Part shown: piece after piece, positions 33,300-44,210 of the stretch | Layout of the letters: each line of letters begins with the position of its first letter | How positions within the stretch are numbered: position 1 is the first letter of the stretch | Source of the DNA: an uncultured delta proteobacterium | GTDB lineage: Bacteria; Desulfobacterota; Desulfobacteria; Desulfobacterales; UBA2156 | Direction: 5' to 3' | Assembly: GCA_963736855.1 (NCBI GenBank) | Contig: CAVTQK010000014.1 | Location: 8,654 to 72,653, forward strand | DNA: 64,000 nt | Program-made: the position numbers and the translations under genes | The notes under the pieces: generated by a model | What the model saw: the letters and a program-made list of their open reading frames with translations, nothing else | The model's database searches: none | What the model was told of the DNA's origin: nothing

Positions 33300-34730
33300 A
33301 TGAATACCCTTTCAAAATTTAGAAGTACGAAGGCTGTATGCACCATAGGTCCCGCCACTTCTACGGCCGATCAGATCAGGCGGCTTATCGTTGCGGGAAT
33401 GGATGTGGCCAGACTCAATTTTTCCCATGGAGACTGCGACACCCATCGTGCGTCTTTTCGCACCATTAGGCAGATATCCCAGGAATTAGGAAAAGAGATC
33501 GGTATCCTCCAGGATCTTGGGGGGCCGAAGATTCGTATCGGGCAATTGCCGGTCCAAGAACGGCAACTCCAAGCCGGTGAGAAGGTCGTTCTCAGTCCAG
33601 GGGAATCATTGGATTCATCGGTTATTCCCGTCAATTATCCTTATATTGTCGAGGATGTAGAAGTCGGAAGTCGTATCCTCCTTGCGGATGGATTGATTGA
33701 ATTGCAGGTAGAAGGCAAAGCGACGGATCGGCTTCTTTGCCGCGTTGTGGTGGCGGGCGTGGTGCAATCTCATAAAGGCATCAATTTGCCATCAAGCAAC
33801 CTGAGGATACCAGCTTTTACAGACAAAGACCGGAAAGATCTCGAGGTCGGATTGGAAGAAGGCGCAGACTTTGTAGCCCTTTCTTTTGTTCGGCATGAAC
33901 AGGACCTGGAGCCTGTGAAAGCGATTTTGAACCAGAAACCGAACGGCCCGCTGTTGATTGCCAAGATCGAAACACCGCAGGCCATTGAGAGGTTGGAGAA
34001 AATCCTGGCCATGGTCGATGGCGTCATGCTTGCTCGCGGTGATCTGGGTGTTGAAATGCCGTTGGAAGATGTGCCGATGATCCAGAAAAAGATTATTCGG
34101 ATGGTCCGCCAGTCCGGCAAACCGGTGATCACGGCCACGCAGATGCTCCGATCTATGGTAAGCAGTCCGCGTCCCACCCGTGCCGAGGCAACGGACGTGG
34201 CTAACGCCATCCTGGACGGTACGGATGCGCTGATGCTTTCAGAGGAAACCGCCATGGGAGCTTATCCCGTTGAAGCTGTACAAGTGCTGGATCGGATTGC
34301 TCGCGCCACGGAACCTTACTTAAAGGAGCGGGATTTTCTCAATGAGCCCATGTCTGAGCTTTTGCCTATGACTGCATCAGGGATCAGCCGATCCGCCTGC
34401 TGGATGGCCGACAGTTTTCATGCCGCCGGCATTGTTGCCGGTACGTCTTCAGGCAGTACGGCCCGCTTGGTTGTTCGATTCCGACCGGCTTGTCCTGTGG
34501 TGGGGTTGACGCCGTATCTTAAAACCCAACGCCAGTTGACCATGTCCTGGGGCGTGATTCCCACCCTGGTGCCTCCCTTCTCAGATATTGAGCAGATGTT
34601 TGACCTGGCCCGCTCATGGGCCTTGGAACACGGCATCGCCCGGCAAGGGGATCGTTTGATCATCACTGCAGGTGTGCCTGTCGGGACCCCTGGAAGCACA
34701 AACCTTCTGAAGGTGGTAGAGATGAAATAG
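33300..34730 (+). CDS. pyk: Pyruvate kinase
   Basis: CTIGPA, RLNFSHG, AKIE, ARGDLGVE, TATQML, MLSEETA. Confidence 0.95.
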   Translation: MNTLSKFRSTKAVCTIGPATSTADQIRRLIVAGMDVARLNFSHGDCDTHRASFRTIRQISQELGKEIGILQDLGGPKIRIGQLPVQERQLQAGEKVVLSPGESLDSSVIPVNYPYIVEDVEVGSRILLADGLIELQVEGKATDRLLCRVVVAGVVQSHKGINLPSSNLRIPAFTDKDRKDLEVGLEEGADFVALSFVRHEQDLEPVKAILNQKPNGPLLIAKIETPQAIERLEKILAMVDGVMLARGDLGVEMPLEDVPMIQKKIIRMVRQSGKPVITATQMLRSMVSSPRPTRAEATDVANAILDGTDALMLSEETAMGAYPVEAVQVLDRIARATEPYLKERDFLNEPMSELLPMTASGISRSACWMADSFHAAGIVAGTSSGSTARLVVRFRPACPVVGLTPYLKTQRQLTMSWGVIPTLVPPFSDIEQMFDLARSWALEHGIARQGDRLIITAGVPVGTPGSTNLLKVVEMK

Positions 34731-34808
34731 TCTCGCAATGTCGTTGGCTGGTTCTGTTCATTTACTTCTCATGTTTCCCGGAATTTTCGGAAGAGGCCGT
34801 TATCAGAC

Positions 34809-35453
34809 ATGACTCAACTACTTTGGCCTGAGATCAGTATAGTTTCACTCTGCCTCATTATATTATTGCTTTACCACGTCCAATTGGTCCTGGTTGTACG
34901 GAGGACTCCGCTGAAGACGTCCATCGGCCTTACGAACCACTTACGCAGGGACTGGGTCAGAGCGGTGATGGAGGGCAAGCTGGATCTTTTGGCCGTCCAG
35001 ACGCTGCGCAACTGGGTCATGGCGTCCAGTTTTCTCGCTTCGGCGGCCATCGTGATCGGATTGAGCATCCTGAGTGCTGGTTTCAGAACCGATCACATTG
35101 CCGAGTGTGCGCATGCGCTCAACATTTTAGGGACCAAGGATGCAACCATGTGGTCCATCAAGCTCATGATTCTGACGGTCTGTTTTTTCTTCGCGTTTTT
35201 CAGTTTCGCCCTTTCCATCAGGTATTACAACCATGCCAGTTTTGTGATCAATGTTCCGACCGCAGATGATCCCATTGTCACCTACGATGCCGTCACGCAT
35301 ATTATCAACCGGGCCAACACCCACTATACGCTGGGCATGCGCGCGTACTATCTATCGGTGCCGTTCACACTATGGCTCTTCGGTCCGACATGGATGCTCA
35401 TGGGGACGGTGATTTTGACCATCCTCCTCTACAAGCTCGACCGGACCATCTGA
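34809..35453 (+). CDS. DUF599-family membrane protein
   Basis: LAVQTLRNWVMASSFLAS, IRYYNH, GMRAYY..LWLFGP. Confidence 0.85.
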   Translation: MTQLLWPEISIVSLCLIILLLYHVQLVLVVRRTPLKTSIGLTNHLRRDWVRAVMEGKLDLLAVQTLRNWVMASSFLASAAIVIGLSILSAGFRTDHIAECAHALNILGTKDATMWSIKLMILTVCFFFAFFSFALSIRYYNHASFVINVPTADDPIVTYDAVTHIINRANTHYTLGMRAYYLSVPFTLWLFGPTWMLMGTVILTILLYKLDRTI

Positions 35454-35711
35454 TCGAACAAGAAAAAATGGTTGAGATTTTATTGTTTCCTTCCAGGGGA
35501 AAAGATACTTCAAGGCTTTACCGACATTCTATGCTATATATATGGCAACGTCGGCGTAACCCGGGAAGCTCTAAAAATTGTCTTTTGGCTCGATTTGTCG
35601 CGATGGTTGCGCCTGACGGCTTGAAAAACGCAATTCAGGCGCTATAGAGTGAGGTGGTCTGGGTTCTTAGGACAGGAGACAGGGATTTATAAGTGGGAAA
35701 CCGCTCGGCAA

Positions 35712-35918
35712 CTAGGTTTTGAGGTCCTCGACCAATTCCTTCAGGATGATCCAGACCTTTTTTCCCCGTCTTCGGGCGATCTGGTGAGCGTCTTCCACCA
35801 GGGTTGCCGCCATTTCCGACAACCGGGATGCATCGGGCGGCGGGAGATTGGCTTTTTTATAACGCCATACCAGCAGCCGCATGGCCATCTGTTCTTCCTG
35901 CTTTCGGAAAAAACCCAT
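35712..35918 (-). CDS. Small hypothetical protein downstream of holA
   Basis: 68-aa ORF co-oriented with holA; its 3' part is duplicated at about 30.0 kb. Confidence 0.55.
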   Translation of the reverse strand: MGFFRKQEEQMAMRLLVWRYKKANLPPPDASRLSEMAATLVEDAHQIARRRGKKVWIILKELVEDLKT

Positions 35919-35946
35919 GGGAATCGCCTTTTCTCGTCAAAGCTCT

Positions 35947-37401
35947 TCATTCTGAAGGGTTACAAATCGTAAGAAGCACCTTTTCCAGCAGCAATCTCGG
36001 TGAAATGGGCGTGGACTTGAGGAGCCGATCGGTGTCGCCCAACAGCATGAGGGCGTCTATTAATTCATCCTTCCGGAAGCGCTCCGAAGCCTCGATCAGC
36101 TTGAATGCCGGATAAACATTGGAGCCGCCTCGAGTGATCACCAGATCGGAGGCGATTTTATCGGTTTTTCTCTTCTTTCCTTTACCTGCCGGAGCGTTTT
36201 CCGTCTCCTCCTTATCCCATGAGGACAGCACCGCTTCGAGCTGTTTTCCGTGGGATTCAAGTAGCGGCATCACCTTTTCTTTGAACCGATTGTATGGATA
36301 TCCCTTGCGCCATTCTCCTTTTAACTCTTTTTCGAAAAACTCTCGGGCAACGATCAGTCTTCGAACCTGATGGGTCAGGGCTGAAAGAATGGCCATGGGA
36401 TGAAAATCGGATCTTAAAAGCGAATCTAAGAAAAAAAAGGCCTTGTCAGGGTTTCGTTCCATTACCGCCCCGGTCAATTCAAAAATCAAATCCACCTTCG
36501 TCCTTGAAAGGACTTCCTGGACGTCGCCGAGGGTGATTCGCGGGTGATTTCCTGTAAAGGCAATGAGTTTTTCGAGATTTCCTTTCAATACCCCGAGGTT
36601 GAACCCTGTCATTTCACAAACCGTGGTGTATGCATCCGGATCCATTGTTTTACCGGCTTCTTTGAGTATCTCATGAATGATTGCTTTAAGAATATCATCC
36701 CGAGCCTTCTTATCCTTCGCGGTATTTCCGGCAGGGACCGAACAATCAATGACTTTCCCTTTTTCGACAACGGCCTGATAAAGCTCCATGCGCGAATCCA
36801 CCCGGCTCGTGGTGACGATCAGGAAGTTCCCCTTCGGTAATCCCTTCCTTATGGCATCTTCGAGTATCTTTGCATCGCTTTTCACGTCGGGAATCGACAG
36901 ATTGTTTTCTTTACAATAATGCACCAAATCCTCGATCCACGCTCCATTCCCAACGGTTGCCGGATCGCGTTTACCGGTTTTATTTTTAATGATGTCCGGC
37001 ATATCTTCAAAATCGATGCGGGATGCAGCCATCCAAGTCAAAAAATATTGGGTCGCCTTTGGGGTTTCATCGGTTTCGTAGGCCTCTTTCGCCTTTTTCA
37101 GGATCGTATCCGAATCCGTTTGGGGGGAAAAAACCATGGCGTCAAGAAGGGCTACCACCTTCTTTTCCGAAAAAAGAGAAAAGGTGGCGATTTTTTGTAC
37201 GGCTTCCCGGACATCGACAACGGTGCCGTCAAGAGGTTCATAACCAAAGCCCTCCCCTTCAGGAAATATCTTTCTCAAAAGGGCGCCCAGAGCCCGTTTG
37301 CAAAGAAAGGGCTCCCCGAAAATCAAATAGACCGAAGGGTTTTCCCCGTCTCGGATCTCATTTAAGCAGACTTTAAGTTCATTTGAATAGATCGCAGGCA
37401 C
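35947..37401 (-). CDS. holA: DNA polymerase III delta subunit
   Basis: VYLIFGE, SLFSEKKVV, NLEKL, IFELT, D..LK C-terminal motif; GTG start after CAGGAGG. Confidence 0.8.
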   Translation of the reverse strand: MPAIYSNELKVCLNEIRDGENPSVYLIFGEPFLCKRALGALLRKIFPEGEGFGYEPLDGTVVDVREAVQKIATFSLFSEKKVVALLDAMVFSPQTDSDTILKKAKEAYETDETPKATQYFLTWMAASRIDFEDMPDIIKNKTGKRDPATVGNGAWIEDLVHYCKENNLSIPDVKSDAKILEDAIRKGLPKGNFLIVTTSRVDSRMELYQAVVEKGKVIDCSVPAGNTAKDKKARDDILKAIIHEILKEAGKTMDPDAYTTVCEMTGFNLGVLKGNLEKLIAFTGNHPRITLGDVQEVLSRTKVDLIFELTGAVMERNPDKAFFFLDSLLRSDFHPMAILSALTHQVRRLIVAREFFEKELKGEWRKGYPYNRFKEKVMPLLESHGKQLEAVLSSWDKEETENAPAGKGKKRKTDKIASDLVITRGGSNVYPAFKLIEASERFRKDELIDALMLLGDTDRLLKSTPISPRLLLEKVLLTICNPSE

Positions 37402-37438
37402 CGATCGCCTCCTGCCATGATGCTGCCGGAAAAGGACG

Positions 37439-37930
37439 TTAATCCGGTATCTTTTTAAAAATGAGGTAGAAAAGAAAAACGCCCGCACCCAGAGTTACGG
37501 CGCTGTCAGCCACGTTGAAAGCCGGCCAGTGAAGATCTTTCCAATAGAAGTCGAGGAAATCTACAACCCTTCCATAACGGATGCGGTCGATGACGTTTCC
37601 TGCGGCACCTCCCAGGATCAGGGCAATCCCTGCACGAAGCAAGGAGTATTCTTTAGGGAGCTTCCGAAAAAGAACGATCAGTAGTGTCGCGGCGATAAGG
37701 GTTCCGGCCACAAAGAAGAGACGCTTGATGTCGGAATATCCGTTCGACAAAAAACCGAATGCGCCGCCCGGGTTTTGCAGATGCACGATATTGAAAAACC
37801 CTTGGATGACCGGAACGGATCCATTACGGGGAATCGATGTCATGATCAGAGACTTGGTAGACTGATCGAGGATCAACACCAAAAGAGAAAGGGCGGCGAG
37901 CAGCACCCATTTAGATTTTGTGGGCGCCAT
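37439..37930 (-). CDS. lspA: Lipoprotein signal peptidase II (alternative start at 37984 overlaps the ileS stop)
   Basis: LDQSTK, NPGGAFG, GNVIDR, VVDF, WPAFNVADS. Confidence 0.93.
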   Translation of the reverse strand: MAPTKSKWVLLAALSLLVLILDQSTKSLIMTSIPRNGSVPVIQGFFNIVHLQNPGGAFGFLSNGYSDIKRLFFVAGTLIAATLLIVLFRKLPKEYSLLRAGIALILGGAAGNVIDRIRYGRVVDFLDFYWKDLHWPAFNVADSAVTLGAGVFLFYLIFKKIPD

Positions 37931-37980
37931 TTTTTTTATTCGATCGGATTTCCCGAGTCGGTAAGGTTCATGATCCTGCC

Positions 37981-40789
37981 TCATTCCTTCAAACCCATCG
38001 CGTTCAATGCTTCGAGGCATCGGTGGCATATGTCCGGATGCCGGAGATCGGTTCCTACGGAAGTTGTATGGACCCAGCACCTCTCACATTTTTTGCCGGG
38101 TGCATTTTTCACCAGAACGGCAAGCCCGTCGATGGCTGCGCTTATAAATGCGTTATCTCCGGGTGCATCCGGTGTGAGGATTGCCTCCGATACGATCAGG
38201 ATAGATCGCAAATCCGCATCGAATTCTTTTAAAAATTCATGGAGCTCCCCTTGGGCATACAGCGTAATCGACGCATCCAAGGGGTGCCCGATACGCTTTT
38301 CGGCCCTGGCCATCTCCAGTGCTTTCAGCGCCTCGCTGCGCACCTGAAGCATGCGGTTCCATTTTTGGGCCAATTCCGGTTTGATGTAGACAGGGTTCGT
38401 CTCGGGAAGCGCCGCCATGTGAATGCTTTCGGCCTGGTCACCACCGGCCGGCATATGCCGCCAGATCTCTTCCGCGGTGAATGCCAATATCGGGGCCATG
38501 AGCCGTGAAATGACATCCACGATGTTGTAGAGGACGGTCTGGGCGCTTCTGCGCGATGCGGATCGCGGCGGCGCGGTGTAGAGCCGGTCCTTTAGAACAT
38601 CGAGGTAAAAAGCGCTCAGATCCAAGGCGCAGAAGTTGTGCAATGCATGGTAGATGATGTGAAACTCATAGTCGTCGTAGGCTTTGACCCCTTTTTCGAT
38701 GAGTTCCTGGAGCCGGTGTAATGCAAACCGATCGATCTCCGGCATATCCGCATAGGCCACTGCATCTGCCTGAGGATTGAAATCGAAAAGGTTCCCCAGC
38801 ATGAACCGGCACGTGTTTCGGATGCGTCGGTAGGCATCGGTAAGCTGTTTGAGGATGTTTTCCGAAATGCGGATGTCCTCCCTGTAGTCCGTGGCACACA
38901 CCCACAAGCGCAGGATCTCGGCTCCATATTTCTCAATGACTTCCCTGGGAGCCACGATGTTTCCCAACGACTTGGACATTTTTCTTCCTTCGGCGTCCAC
39001 CACAAAACCGTGGGTCAGCACCGCGTCATAAGGGGCCCGGCCCCGGGTCCCCACAGCAGTCAGCAAGGCACTGTGAAACCATCCCCGGTGCTGATCGCTT
39101 CCTTCCAGGTAAAGGTCTGCCGGCCATTTCAACCCCGGCCGTTTTTCCAGCACCGCCGCGTGGCTTACTCCGGAGTCGAACCAGACGTCCAAGATATCCG
39201 ATTCCTTGACGAAATTTTTACTGCCACACTGGGAACAACATTTCCCTTCAGGCAAGAAATCCGATATTTCCTTTTCAAACCAGATGTCGGCTCCGTGGGC
39301 TTCAAACTGGGCATAGACCATCTCCATGATGGCATCGTCCAAAAGGATCGTATTGCAATCCCTGCAATAGAATACCGCGATAGGAACCCCCCACGCCCGC
39401 TGCCGGGAGACGCACCAGTCGGGCCGACCTTCGATCATCCCATAGATCCGCTCCCGTCCCCAGTGGGGAATCCACCTGACCCGATCGATTTCCTCCAGGG
39501 AACGTTTTCTCAATCCTGTCTTGTCCATAGAGATGAACCACTGTGGGGTTGCTCTAAAAATAACCGGATTTTTGCACCGCCAGCAGTGGGGATAAGGGTG
39601 GGTTATGGACCCCTCGTTCAAAAGGGCTCCTGTCTCTTTCAGCTTTCGATTGATGGCCGGGTTGGCATCAAAAACGAACTGCCCTCCGAAAAAGCCTACA
39701 TCCTCCGCGAATCGGCCCTCATCGTCCACCGGCGAATAGATATCAAGACCGTACTCAAGCCCAACCTCGTAGTCTTCCCTGCCGTGCCCCGGAGCGGTGT
39801 GGACACAACCGGTCCCGGCATCCAGGGTGACATGGTTCGCCAGAATGATCTGCGATGTCCGATTGTAAAGGGGATGGCGGCAGGTTTTTCCCTCCAGACC
39901 CTTGGACTCCAAAGTGCCGATAATCGAGGCATCGGACCTGCCGAAGATCTCCATACAGGCATGGGCCAGGTATTTGGCCATAATATAGACTTCTCCATTA
40001 CCGGCATCCATCGCTGCATATTCGAAATCCGGGTGCAGGGCGATAGCCAGATTGGCAGGAATCGTCCATGGCGTGGTTGTCCAGATGACCATGGATACCC
40101 GCTTCCCCGATAGTGCCAGGGAGGGCCTCACTCAGGTCATCGATCATCGGGAATTTAACGTATATGGAAGGGGATGCGTCATCCTTGTATTCGATTTCGG
40201 CCTCGGCCAGCGCCGTACGGCACGTATTACACCAGTAAATCGGCTTTTTACTCCGAAACAGGCTTCCGTTTTTTGCAAACTTTCCGCATTCCCGTGCGAT
40301 GGTGGCCTCGTAGTCATAAGTCATGGTGAGATAAGGCGACTCCCAGTGGCCCATCACCCCCAGGCGCTTGAACTCTTCCCTTTGGATGTCGATGAACTTT
40401 TCGGCGTAAGCACGGCACAGCCGGCGTATCTGAGCCTGGGAGAGTGTCCTTTTCTTGTCCCCCAGCTCCTTATCGACATTGTGTTCGATGGGGAGTCCGT
40501 GGCAGTCCCATCCCGGCACATAAACCGCGTCAAACCCCGACATCTGGCGGGACCGTACGATGATGTCTTTCAAGATCTTGTTCAATGCAGTGCCGATATG
40601 GATATTACCGTTGGCGTAAGGGGGGCCGTCGTGGAGGATAAACTGTTTTCGGCCCGAGGAAAGCTTCCGGATTCGATCATGCAGGTGGATATCCTCCCAG
40701 GCTTTGAGTTGTTCAGGCTCACGTTTATACAGGTTAGCCTTCATGGGGAAAGATGTTTCAGGCAGGTTCAGTGTCTTTTTATAGTCCAT
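37981..40789 (-). CDS. ileS: Isoleucyl-tRNA synthetase (one apparent frameshift near 40120)
   Basis: HIGT (HIGH-like), [23 protein letters not shown]-terminal Zn finger. Confidence 0.95.
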
Positions 40790-40963
40790 TTTTTTCTCCG
40801 AGAGAACGATAAATTCAAAATTATAAATTTATGCGGATCTCCATTTGATGTCAAGGGAAACCATTTTGCTTGTAAACTCGCGCCATATATGTCACTGAAA
40901 GATTTATCAAACTCCAAATCGGGGAATCAGACAGGCTTTCAAGAAAAGAGGTACACTCGGATC

Positions 40964-41236
40964 ATGAGTAATCGGAGCAAGAGAGATTACGTCCGGTTGA
41001 AAGTGTCCAGACCGGTCGAATTCACTGTCTGGGGACGGCGCTATGAAGGTAGGATCACCGATGAAGGCGGAGGAGGGGCATTTATCGATACCTCGGGACG
41101 GTTTAAGCTGGGGCAGGAAATCAAACTGAGCTATCTGTCTCCTCAGAGGATCCTCATTGAAAAAAGCGGAATGATTGTCCGCGTCGACGAAAACGGAATC
41201 GCCGTGCGCTTCCACCACCCGGGATATGCCCGGTGA
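40964..41236 (+). CDS. PilZ-domain protein
   Basis: KRDYVR (RxxxR) and DEGGGG (DxxxxG), GIAVRF. Confidence 0.75.
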   Translation: MSNRSKRDYVRLKVSRPVEFTVWGRRYEGRITDEGGGGAFIDTSGRFKLGQEIKLSYLSPQRILIEKSGMIVRVDENGIAVRFHHPGYAR

Positions 41237-41249
41237 ATTCAGGCTTTTT

Positions 41250-42896
41250 TCATAAGTCAGGGATTGTATCCGGTCCTGCCGATTGCCGTTTTTCCCGGTA
41301 GATCATCACCCCCATAATGCCCATCTGAAGCATGGAAAGGCCCACAAAATACCAGATCCACAATGGAAGCCCCACAATTACAGGATCCACACGCCCCCAG
41401 GACCAAAAATCGGTTCCCATAAAAAAAGTGAGACCCAGCAAGTAGAAATAAGGCGATTGCATCCAGGCTGGAAAGGAAAAAACCAAGTGCCCCTTTTTCC
41501 ATGCCAAAATCCCATAGGTCAATAGATAGATCCCGAATGCGATGAGCATGACATAAACTACCGGTAAAAACCTGTTGGCGGATAACCACTTCAAATAAAA
41601 AGCGATCACGGCGGCTTCACCGGTGATAATAGATAACATGGCCGGCAGTGCATATCGGCGCTTGAAATAAAGGCCAAAGATGACGGTGGGAAAAAGCACC
41701 GCCAAACCGGTAAAGGTCTGGGTGGCGATCTGCAAGATGGTGGCCGGCGGCCGAAAGGCCAGAACCAGTCCTGCAAAGCCTAAAAGCGCCACAAACACTT
41801 TCCCGGTAGCCTCTTTTTGAACGGCGCTTGGACACATCAAGAATAAAATGTCCCGGGAGAAAATCGAGCTTAGAGTCAACAACTGAGAATCCATCGTGGA
41901 CATGAGGGCGGCCAGCCCGCCGGCGATCACAAGAGCCGCCATAGCATCGCCTGAAAGGGAGGTCATCAACATGGGCAAAATGCGATCGGCCTGGCTTCCG
42001 GTCAACCCCGGTATCGAAAGGCGGCCTAGGACCCCGATTCCGACGGGCATGACGAAGACCGCTGTGCAGATCAGAGGATAATAAAGCATCATGAAACGGA
42101 TCGTTTTTCGGCTGCGGGCGGCAAAAAACCGTTGAAAAAGTTGAGGAAACATCGGATCGCAGAAAAACCAGAGCATCATGAAACTCATCCAAATCCCGGG
42201 CGAGTATGCCCCCATGCCGCCGGGCCTGGAAAAAAGTTCCGGTGTCGTGGAAAGGGCCTTTTGGTGTGCCGCCACGAAGCCGCCATGATGTCCCGCTACG
42301 ATGATGAGGGAGATCAATAGCATGACGAACATCAGCATCCCTTGAAAAAGGTCGGTCCAGGCCACCGCCCGCATCCCGCCGGTCAGGGTATAAAGCACGA
42401 TGACGGCAGTCACCAGGGTGCAACCGCCAAAATAGGGCAATCCCAACAGTTCCTCCAGGGCGTACCCGGCCGCCATGGGCTGCAATGCCAAATACGGCAT
42501 GGTGAAGACGATCATTACCAGTGCAAATAAAATGGAAAGCGGGGGGCTTTCGTAAAGATGCCGGATCAACTCCGGCGGCGTAACGGCACCGGTTTTTCGG
42601 CCGACTTCCCAGATGCGCCGACCCAGGATCCAGAAAGTAACCGCCATAAACCCGGTGCCGAACCCCATGATAGGGAAAAAGGCGTATCCGTCGCGATAGC
42701 CGGCTCCCGATGCTCCAAACACGGTAAAGGCCGAAAAATTTGTAGCGGCCATGGTCCCAAGCAAGACAACGGATCCGAGCTTTCGATCGGCCAGAAAATA
42801 ACCTTCAGGGGTGAAATCAAACCGTCTCCTGGCCAACATCCCAATTATCAGAACGATCAAAAAATAGCCTGACAATATAGCAATTCTAATAATCAT
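41250..42896 (-). CDS. Sodium:solute symporter (PanF-like) with a fused short C-terminal membrane module
   Basis: YFLADRKLG, ATNFSAF, GGMRAVAWTD, AALMSTMDSQLL; tail DFWSW..GLPLWIWY. Confidence 0.85.
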   Translation of the reverse strand: MIIRIAILSGYFLIVLIIGMLARRRFDFTPEGYFLADRKLGSVVLLGTMAATNFSAFTVFGASGAGYRDGYAFFPIMGFGTGFMAVTFWILGRRIWEVGRKTGAVTPPELIRHLYESPPLSILFALVMIVFTMPYLALQPMAAGYALEELLGLPYFGGCTLVTAVIVLYTLTGGMRAVAWTDLFQGMLMFVMLLISLIIVAGHHGGFVAAHQKALSTTPELFSRPGGMGAYSPGIWMSFMMLWFFCDPMFPQLFQRFFAARSRKTIRFMMLYYPLICTAVFVMPVGIGVLGRLSIPGLTGSQADRILPMLMTSLSGDAMAALVIAGGLAALMSTMDSQLLTLSSIFSRDILFLMCPSAVQKEATGKVFVALLGFAGLVLAFRPPATILQIATQTFTGLAVLFPTVIFGLYFKRRYALPAMLSIITGEAAVIAFYLKWLSANRFLPVVYVMLIAFGIYLLTYGILAWKKGHLVFSFPAWMQSPYFYLLGLTFFMGTDFWSWGRVDPVIVGLPLWIWYFVGLSMLQMGIMGVMIYREKRQSAGPDTIPDL

Positions 42897-43234
42897 GTCA
42901 TTCCCTCCAAAAAAAAATGCCACCCCGGTCGGGATGGCATCGCCTGACATAACCTTTGATTGGAAATAAATTTTTTGTGTATTTATCTGAAAACCATCAA
43001 CAGATCAAGTCCTTTTTTAACCTCTTTTTTGATTTAATAAAGGGTTAAAATTTAATATCTAGAAAGGACTATGCCGAAGCGATGGCATCTTTTTTTAATT
43101 TTTTCTTGTATTTTAATGTTCGTTTATGATTGCTATGCAAAAAGATAAATTGATGACTTAGGCCTGAGGATGGCTTTCTCTTCGAAAAAACCAGACTATT
43201 TTCCCGTCCAACGCCGCAACTTGATTCTTGATCG

Positions 43235-43366
43235 GAAGTCATCACCGACGACCGCCTTGACCCTCGGATTTGGCGCCGGCTGGAAAAGCAGGGCGTTAAG
43301 GTATCGATAGCCCCATCCACAAGCCCATCGAGGGACTCCCATCAGGAAAGGAGAAAAACACGTTGA
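43235..43366 (+). pseudogene. C-terminal remnant of a DeoR/GlpR-family regulator
   Basis: EVITDDRLDPRIWRRLEKQGVKVSIA matches the DeoR C-terminal pattern; its TGA overlaps the panB TTG start. Confidence 0.5.
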
Positions 43367-44208
43367 AAAAGAAACTGACGCGCTTTGATCTGCAAAACAT
43401 GAAAGACAACGGCCGGCGCGCGGTTTGGATCACCGCATATGATTACATCACCGCCCAACTGGCAGAGGAAGCGGGCATGGACATGCTTCTGGTAGGCGAC
43501 AGCCTCGGAATGGCCATTTACGGGTATCCGGGAACCATCCCGGTCACCATGGACCAGTGCATTTGCCACGCCGAAGCCGTTCGCAGGGGCGCTCCAAATA
43601 CTTTCGTGATCGGCGATATGCCGTTTGGAGCTTACCAGATCAGTATCCATGACGCAGTGCGCAACGCTGTGCGATTCCATAAAGAGGCCGGGGTGGACTG
43701 TGTGAAACTGGAGGGCGGCAAACGGGTAGGCCGGGTTATCCGGGCCATTGCTGACGCCGGGATGCTGGTGATGGGGCATGTGGGGCTGACGCCCCAGAGT
43801 TCGAGCGCTTTGGGCGGATTCAAAGCCCAAGGCCGCACCGCCGAGAGTGCCCGGGCCGTTATCGAGGATGCCAAGGCGGTGTACGATGCTGGGGCATTCT
43901 CCGTGCTGGTGGAAGGTGTCCCGCCAGAGGTCACCCGGATCATCTGCCGGGAGATTCCCATACCGGTTTACGGCATTGGGGCTGGAGACTGCGACGGTCA
44001 GGTCATGATCTGCGTGGACATCCTCGGTCTTTTCCAGGCATTCACACCCAAGTTCGTCAAACGGTACGGTAATGTGGCCGACGAGTATCGGAAGGTGTTT
44101 TCTACCTATATCGAGGAAGTGCGCAAGGGGGATTTTCCCGGCAAAGAACACGTCTACCATATGGAAGAAGGAGAGATCGAGAAGCTGGCGGCGGAGTGGA
44201 AAAAATAG
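43363..44208 (+). CDS. panB: Ketopantoate hydroxymethyltransferase
   Basis: TAYDY, LVGDSLGM, DMPFG, VKLEGG, GHVGLTPQ, GIGAG..DGQV, PKFVK. Confidence 0.93.
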   Translation: MKKKLTRFDLQNMKDNGRRAVWITAYDYITAQLAEEAGMDMLLVGDSLGMAIYGYPGTIPVTMDQCICHAEAVRRGAPNTFVIGDMPFGAYQISIHDAVRNAVRFHKEAGVDCVKLEGGKRVGRVIRAIADAGMLVMGHVGLTPQSSSALGGFKAQGRTAESARAVIEDAKAVYDAGAFSVLVEGVPPEVTRIICREIPIPVYGIGAGDCDGQVMICVDILGLFQAFTPKFVKRYGNVADEYRKVFSTYIEEVRKGDFPGKEHVYHMEEGEIEKLAAEWKK

Positions 44209-44210
44209 CC

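Noticed and set aside
40100..40140. Programmed frameshift in ileS
   Set aside because: No evident slippery heptamer, and indels are widespread in the window
40790..40960. T-box riboswitch upstream of ileS
   Set aside because: The leader is short and no T-box consensus or terminator is visible
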